A stretch of DNA of 64,000 nucleotides from the human T2T-CHM13v2.0 reference genome, Homo sapiens, in assembly GCF_009914755.1 (NCBI RefSeq), contig NC_060933.1. One strand, 5' to 3'. Shown here piece by piece: positions 57,049-64,000 of this stretch. A program made the position numbers and the translations under genes. The notes under the pieces were generated by a model that worked only from the letters and a program-made list of their open reading frames with translations, searched no databases and was not told the DNA's origin. The first letter of the stretch is position 1, and the number at the start of each line of letters is the position of its first letter.

Positions 57049-58008
57049 ATGTTCCCGGCAAATTGGACATCTGTAAAAGTATTTTTCTTCCTGGGATTTT
57101 CTCACTACCCCAAAGTTCAGGTCATCATATTTGCGGTGTGCTTGCTGATGTACCTGATCACCTTGCTGGGCAACATTTTTCTGATCTCCATCACCATTCT
57201 AGATTCCCACCTGCACACCCCTATGTACCTCTTCCTCAGCAATCTCTCCTTTCTGGACATCTGGTACTCCTCTTCTGCGCTCTCTCCAATGCTGGCAAAC
57301 TTTGTTTCAGGGAGAAACACTATTTCATTCTCAGGGTGCGCCACTCAGGTGTACCTCTCCCTTGCCATGGGCTCCACTGAGTGTGTGCTCCTGCCCATGA
57401 TGGCATATGACCGGTATGTGGCCATCTGCAACCCCCTGAGATACCCTATCATCATGAATAGGAGAACCTGTGTGCAGATTGCAGCTGGCTCCTGGATGAC
57501 AGGCTGTCTCACTGCCATGGTGGAAATGATGTCTGTGCTGCCACTGTCTCTCTGTGGTAATAGCATCATCAATCATTTCACTTGTGAAATTCTGGCCATC
57601 TTGAAATTGGTTTGTGTGGACACCTCCCTGGTGCAGTTAATCATGCTGGTGATCAGTGTACTTCTTCTCCCCATGCCAATGCTACTCATTTGTATCTCTT
57701 ATGCATTTATCCTCGCCAGTATCCTGAGAATCAGCTCAGTGGAAGGTCGAAGTAAAGCCTTTTCAACGTGCACAGCCCACCTGATGGTGGTAGTTTTGTT
57801 CTATGGGATGGCTCTCTCCATGCACCTGAAGCCCTCCGCTGTAGATTCACAGGAAATAGACAAATTTATGGCTTTGGTGTATGCCGGACAAACCCCCATG
57901 TTGAATCCTATCATCTATAGTCTACGGAACAAAGAGGTGAAAGTGGCCTTGAAAAAATTGCTGATTAGAAATCATTTTAATACTGCCTTCATTTCCATCC
58001 TCAAATAA
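57049..58008 (+). CDS. OR13F1: Olfactory receptor family 13 subfamily F member 1 (319 aa, intact)
   Basis: Uninterrupted 319-aa ORF with N-glycosylation site NWT and OR motifs LHTPMY, MAYDRYVAICNPLRY, HFTCE, KAFSTC and PMLNPIIYSLRN. The termini MFPANWTSVKVFFFLG and RNHFNTAFISILK match OR13F1 as I recall it. Confidence 0.93.
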   Translation: MFPANWTSVKVFFFLGFSHYPKVQVIIFAVCLLMYLITLLGNIFLISITILDSHLHTPMYLFLSNLSFLDIWYSSSALSPMLANFVSGRNTISFSGCATQVYLSLAMGSTECVLLPMMAYDRYVAICNPLRYPIIMNRRTCVQIAAGSWMTGCLTAMVEMMSVLPLSLCGNSIINHFTCEILAILKLVCVDTSLVQLIMLVISVLLLPMPMLLICISYAFILASILRISSVEGRSKAFSTCTAHLMVVVLFYGMALSMHLKPSAVDSQEIDKFMALVYAGQTPMLNPIIYSLRNKEVKVALKKLLIRNHFNTAFISILK

Positions 58009-58173
58009 CAATCACACTCATATAGATAATCAACATTACCCAGAAAACTGCATAATAGTTTACTTAAACCAACCCTGGAAACTACTTATTTTCAATAGAA
58101 GTTTACTATTATATCCTCTATTCTGATTTGTCTTATAAGTAAAACTTTTCATATTAACAAATCATTTATGAAG

Positions 58174-58311
58174 AATAAATTAAGTTTCCAAGAAAGCAAT
58201 TAGCATTTATTGAATATTAGTATAACATTAAAATTAGATAATTGCCTATTATTTCATATTTACTTTCTATAGCATCTCAGTGTCCAGCTGTGACATAAGC
58301 ATAACAATAAA
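58174..58311 (+). terminator. Candidate polyadenylation signals for OR13F1
   Basis: AATAAA at 58174-58179 and 58306-58311; chance hits are possible in AT-rich DNA. Confidence 0.3.
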
Positions 58312-58438
58312 TATGCCAAAACTGTAAAATTTTGAGACTAGTCAATTTTGAAATAATTTACTCCAAATAATTCACAATTTCCCATCAATTTAAAAAGAAT
58401 ATATGTTTTTTAATTAGTGTGGATACAACTCAAAGTAT

Positions 58439-58466
58439 ACACACATGCACACACACACACACACAC
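58439..58466. repeat. (CA)n microsatellite
   Basis: Directly visible. Confidence 0.9.
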
Positions 58467-58574
58467 CCCTAATAATTTGTAAAACCAAAACAGCATCAAT
58501 TTTGGAACTCTTCCTAGTTTCCAACATGTTAAAGTGGAAAAAACATGGTTTTAACTGTAATGAAATATGAGTGA

Positions 58575-58987
<413 letters not shown>

Positions 58988-60359
58988 CTATGTATGAGGT
59001 GGAATAGAGGTACAATTGGGAGATCCTGAAGTATCTATGGATATAAGATTAGAATATACTTATATTGTACTTTGATTGTCTCAGTGAATTCATCAACACA
59101 CACCTATCATGTTATTATTTTTCTTAAAGCATGCTGAATTGACCAGTTAATTAAAGCTGAGGAGTGAAATTATATTGCAAGATAAATAATATATGAATGC
59201 AGATACATATTGTAGAAACAGATTCATAAATATATGTGAGCAAAATTACATAAATTATAATTTTACCAATGTTACATATTGATGTACTTTTCCTTGTCTT
59301 TTCCACCCTCTCTGGAGCTATAGAATATTGAGGCCAATGTGCACACATTAGTTCTTTATCAGAGAAGGTTCCTTGGATTTATGTGGGTGATGGCTTTATC
59401 CTAGGGAGAAGGTACCTCTTGCTGCATACATATAACCTTCCTAAGCCTTAGGTGTAGGGAATATGATGCAATTACAGATAATGATTACAAGAGGTCCCAG
59501 ACTGAGCAAGACAGAGCTTGCAAGAAATTACTCAGTTGTAGATGAATGGATTAGGAATGGAACCATGTAGAAGGAAAGAATTCAATGAGTAGGAAGTGTG
59601 CTGGTGATCTTAATCCAAGTGCTGTTAGCACACATCAGAACACTTTTCTTACTCAAGTATCAGATTCCCAGTTCTATTCAGAATCTCTACAAAGGTAGGT
59701 ACTGGAAATTTTTATTAAAAATCAAAGCTACACAGTTATTTTTATTTCCATCCTTACTTAAACATTTCAGGATCAGGCAGTAGTGACCACAGCATGATGC
59801 TGTTATTTGGCTGAAGAGGAGGAAGGGATGTTAAAACTGTTAACCACTCAGTTTCTACACCAATTTTAGAAAAAAAAACTAATTCCAGGTAATCACAAAC
59901 ATTAAGCACACAATAATTCATCTTATGTGTTTATATGGGTGGAAAAAAACCTATAAAAATTGTATTGAATTTAAAGTTTTATGTTTCATCAGCTCCAGTG
60001 GGCATGTATTAGGCATGTGATATCTTCTTCAAAGTCTTAATCAGTGTTTTTAAGGGATGCAATGAACTAAATTAGGAATTGCAGTGTAGGACAAGCCAAC
60101 AAGCTGTCCAGAAGCAAAACAACAAAATGGCCTTATCTACCTGGTTGGACCCCCACAAGCCTAGAAAAAGTCCTCAGATTTCAGCTACATCTGCAAGAGT
60201 CATCTTGTCCAAACAAAGCCAAGATGGAGTTAACTTCTACATAACCCAAGTATGTTTTCGTTGCTTTCCTCCCAAGGATGGAACTATATATGTAATCCTG
60301 AACTGTGTCCTGATTACATCTTCATTATTCCATGATGACCAGCCCCCACCACTACAACA

Positions 60360-60452
60360 TTTTAAAAATATTATCATTGACTGATAAATAATAATTGTAT
60401 ACATTTATGGGATACAATGTGATATTTTTCTCTATGTACACAAAGTGGGATG
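60360..60452 (-). mobile_element. L1MA-like extreme 3' fragment
   Basis: AATAATTGTATACATTTATGGGATACAATGTGATATTTT. Confidence 0.6.
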
Positions 60453-63366
60453 ATTTATTATTTTTATTTTTTTCATTTCAAATTTTATCTTGGATTCAAG
60501 TAGTACATATGCAGGTTTCTTACAGGGGTATATTGCGTGATGCTGAGGTTTGGGATACAAATGATCCTGTCATCCAGATAATGAGCACAGCACCCAACAG
60601 TTAGTTTTTCATCCCTTGCATCCATACCTCACTCCTCTATTATCCCCCATGTCTATTGTTACCATAAGTACCCAATTTTTAGCTCTCGCTTACAAGTGAG
60701 AACATGTGTTTTCTGTTTCTCCATTAAATGGCTTAGCAGAGTGGCCTCTAGCTGCATCCATGTTGCTACAAAAGGCATGATTTTGTTCTTATTTATGACT
60801 GCCTAGCATTCCATGGTATATATGTACCATATTTTCTTTACATAATCCACCATGGGAACCTAGGATGGGCACCTAGGATGATTCCATGTCTTTGCTACTG
60901 TGAATAGTTCTGTGATGAACATATAAGTGCATGCATCTTTTTAGTAGAATGACTTATTTTCTTTTGGATATAAACCCAGTAATGGGGTTGGTGAGTGAAA
61001 TGGTAGTTCTAAGTTCTTTAAGAAATCTCCAAACTGCTTTTCACAATGGGTGAACCAATTTACATTCCCACCAACAATGTATAAGCATTCCCTCTCTAAG
61101 CATTTCCATTTCTCTGCAGCCTTGCCAACATCTGCTGTTCTTTGGCTTTTTAATAATAGCCATTCTGACGGTACAAGATGGTATCTCATTGTGATTTTGA
61201 GTTGCACTTCTCTTATGATTAGTGATGTTGAGCATTTTTTCATATCTTTGTTGGCCATGTGTATGTCTTCTTTTGAGAAGTGTCTGTTCATGTCTTTTCC
61301 TTACTCCTTAATGGGGTTATTTGGTTTTTGCTTGTTGAATTAAATTCCTTATAGATTCTAGATATTAGACCTTTGTCAAATGCATAGTTTGCAAATATTT
61401 TCTCCCATTTTGTAAGTTGTCTGTTTACTCTGTTGATAGTTTCTTTTGCTGTGCAGAAGTTCTTTAGTTTAATTAGGTCCCACTTAATCAATTTTTCTTT
61501 TGTTGCAGTTGCTTTTGAGGGCTTGGTCATAAATTATTTCCCAAGGCCAATGGCCAGAATGGTGTTTGCTAGGTTTTATTCAAGGATTCTTATAGTTTGA
61601 GGTCTTACATTTAAATCTTTAATCCATCTTGAGTACATTTTTGTGTATGGTGAAAAGTAGGAGTCCAGTCTCATTCTTTTGCATGTAGCTTGCCACCTAT
61701 CCCAGTACCATTTATTGAAAAGGGAGTCCTTTCTTCATTGTTTATTTTTGTCAACTTTGTAAAGATTAGATGGCTGTAGGTCTGTGGCTTCATTTCTGGG
61801 TTCTCTATTCTGTTCCACTGGTCTATGTGTCTGTTTATGTACCAGTACCAAGCTGTTTCAGTTATGGTGGCCTTATTGTATAGTTTTTAGAGTTGGGTAA
61901 TGTGATGTTGTTTTTGCTTTGTTCTTTTTGCTTAAGATTGCCTTGGGTATTCAGGGTCTTTTTGGTTCCATATGAATTTTAGCATAATTTTTCCAATTCC
62001 ATGAAAAATTACATTGGAAGTTTGATAGGAATAGCATTGAATCTATAGATTGCTTTGGGCAGTGTGGCCGTTTTCGATATTGATTCTTCTAATCCATGAG
62101 CATGAAATGTTTTTCCATTTGTTTGTATCATCTGTGATTTCATTCAGCAGTGTTTTGTAGTTCTCCTTGTGGAGATCTTTCATCTCCTTGGTTAGATGTA
62201 TCCCTAGGTATTTTATTTTTGTGTGTGGCTATTGTAAATGGGATTGCACTCTTGATTTGGCTTTTGGCTTGAATGCTATTGGTGTATAGAAATGCTACTA
62301 ATTTTTGTGCATTGATTTTGTACCCTGAAACTTTACTGAAGTTGTTTATCAGTTCCAGGACCCTTTGAGCAGAATCTTTAGGGTTTTCTAGGTATAGAGT
62401 CGTATAATCAACAAAGAGAGATATTTTGACTTCTTTTCCTATTTGGATGTCTTTTATTTCTCTTCTCTGATTGCTCTGGCTAAGACTTTCAGTACTATCT
62501 TGAATAGGAGTGGTGAGAGTAAGCATCACTGTCTTCTTTCAGTTCTCAAAGGGAATGCTTCCAACTTTTGCCCATTCAGTGTGATGTTGGCTCTAAGTTT
62601 GTCACAGAAGGTTCTTATTATTTTGAGGTATGTCCCTTTGATGCCTAGTTTGTTGAGGGTGTTTATCATGAAGAGATGTTGGATTTTACCAAAGGCTTTG
62701 TCTACATCTATTGAGATGATATATGGTTTTTGTTTTTAATTGTGTTCATGTGGTGAATCACATTTATTGATTTGCATATGTTGAAACAACCTTGCATCCC
62801 AGGAACGAAATCTATTTGATTGTGACGAATTAACTTTTTGATATATGCTGCATTCAATTTGCTAGTATTTTGCTGATGATTTTTTGCATCTTTCCTCCTC
62901 AGTAATATTGGCCTGTAGTTTTCTTTTTGCATCATGTCTTTGCCAGGTTTTGTTATCAGGGTGATGCTGGCTTCATAGAATTAGTTAGGGAGGAGTCCCC
63001 CTTGATTTTATGAAAATTGTTTTAGTAGAATTGGTACCAGCTCTTATTTGTACATCTGGTAGAATGCAACTGTAAATCCATCTAGTCCAGAGCTTTTTTT
63101 GATTGGTAAGTATTTGGTTCCCAGTTCAATTTTGGAACTCAATATTGGATTGTTTAGGGTTTCAGTTTCTTCCTGATTCAATCTTGGGGGGGTTGTATGT
63201 TTCCAGAAATTTACCCATTTCCTCTAAATTTTCTAGTTTGTGTGCATAGAGGTGTTCAGGATAGTCTCTGAGGATCTATTGCATTTCTGTCACAACAGTT
63301 ATAATGTCATCTTTGTCATTTCTGTTTGTGATTACTTGGATCTTCTCTCCTTTTTTCTTTGTTAAT
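60453..63366 (-). mobile_element. 5'-truncated L1 (L1PA15/16-like), ~2.9 kb of 3'UTR plus decayed ORF2
   Basis: 3' motif TATATTGCGTGATGCTGAGGTTTGGG. ORF-track fragments [43 protein letters not shown] and KENYRPI are L1 ORF2p. Confidence 0.92.
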
Positions 63367-63559
63367 AAATACAGAGCAGTTTATGCATTCTGCAAAGTCA
63401 AACTGGATCTATTCTAGCTCCTCCTGACCCAAAGGAGGGAGAGAACATGGTCCAGGTGACTAAGGATTCTTGACTTTGCTTTTTCCATGCAGGATAATGA
63501 CTGAACACATCCTCTGCCCTACATAATTTTGCCTTAGGGATCTTTCTTGAATCCATTTC

Positions 63560-63940
63560 TATGATACTTAACACCCACTGCTGACTTCCTTCTCCCTTGG
63601 CACCTTTACTCTAAAAGTCAGAAAGGCTTACTATTATCTTTTTAAGCCTCACTTGCAGCTGGGGTGCTCATGGAAATAGTTCCTGTCAATAAGAATAAGT
63701 GTAAGTTTTCTAGGGGCTCTGGGAAGGGTTTTGCTTTTAATACAAAGGGGCCTAAAGGCAGCATCTGCCTTGAATGTGGTCACTACGTTGTGACCATGAG
63801 GGGATAAGCATGGTAGAATGACCGAGGAAATTGTACACAGGCCAGTATGGCAGGCCAAGTCACTGACATGGGCTATTTCAAACTACTGTTACGCTTAATT
63901 TTAATCTTCCATCTACAGTCAGACAAAGCTAGTATACCCT
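63560..63940 (+). mobile_element. Old MaLR LTR (MLT1J/K-like)
   Basis: GCCTCACTTGCAGCTGGGG...GGGGCTCTGGGAAGG...TGTGACCATGAGGGG. Confidence 0.5.
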
Positions 63941-64000
63941 GCTTTTCCCAGAGCCGAGCTGGAGAGCAGGGTGTATGCACAAGGCCCTGACAAGGGCACA

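Noticed and set aside
57063-57576. Alternative-frame and antisense ORFs overlapping OR13F1
   Set aside because: Short shadows of the real CDS, with no independent support.

Overview
AT-rich, CpG-poor primate genomic DNA, very probably human: it carries Alu S/Y elements and a full-length SVA. The only credible protein-coding gene is an intact class II olfactory receptor with a single-exon CDS at 57049-58008 (+). I recognise it as OR13F1 (human 9q31.1, edge of the OR13 cluster). It has a plausible homeodomain plus O/E promoter and a 5' non-coding exon. The rest is intergenic and dominated by interspersed repeats: about 20 Alus, one SVA, L1/L2/MIR fragments, MaLR/ERVL/ERV1 solo LTRs and MER DNA transposons. 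All other ORFs in the track look spurious or repeat-derived. I see no novel multi-gene system. The most unusual structures are: (1) a ~2.2 kb TSD-flanked unit (45233-47441) made of an Alu, a ~1.6 kb AT-rich minisatellite that flips orientation internally, and an inverted partial copy of what appears to be the same Alu, forming a PATRR-like quasi-palindrome; (2) an unidentified ~400 bp 5'-truncated retrocopy with a perfect 16-bp TSD (7707-8145); (3) several old local rearrangement scars (a mosaic duplication, an inverted duplication, a micro-inversion and deletion junctions). Repeat subfamily calls come from remembered consensus motifs, not from a RepeatMasker run. Boundaries of old elements are approximate.
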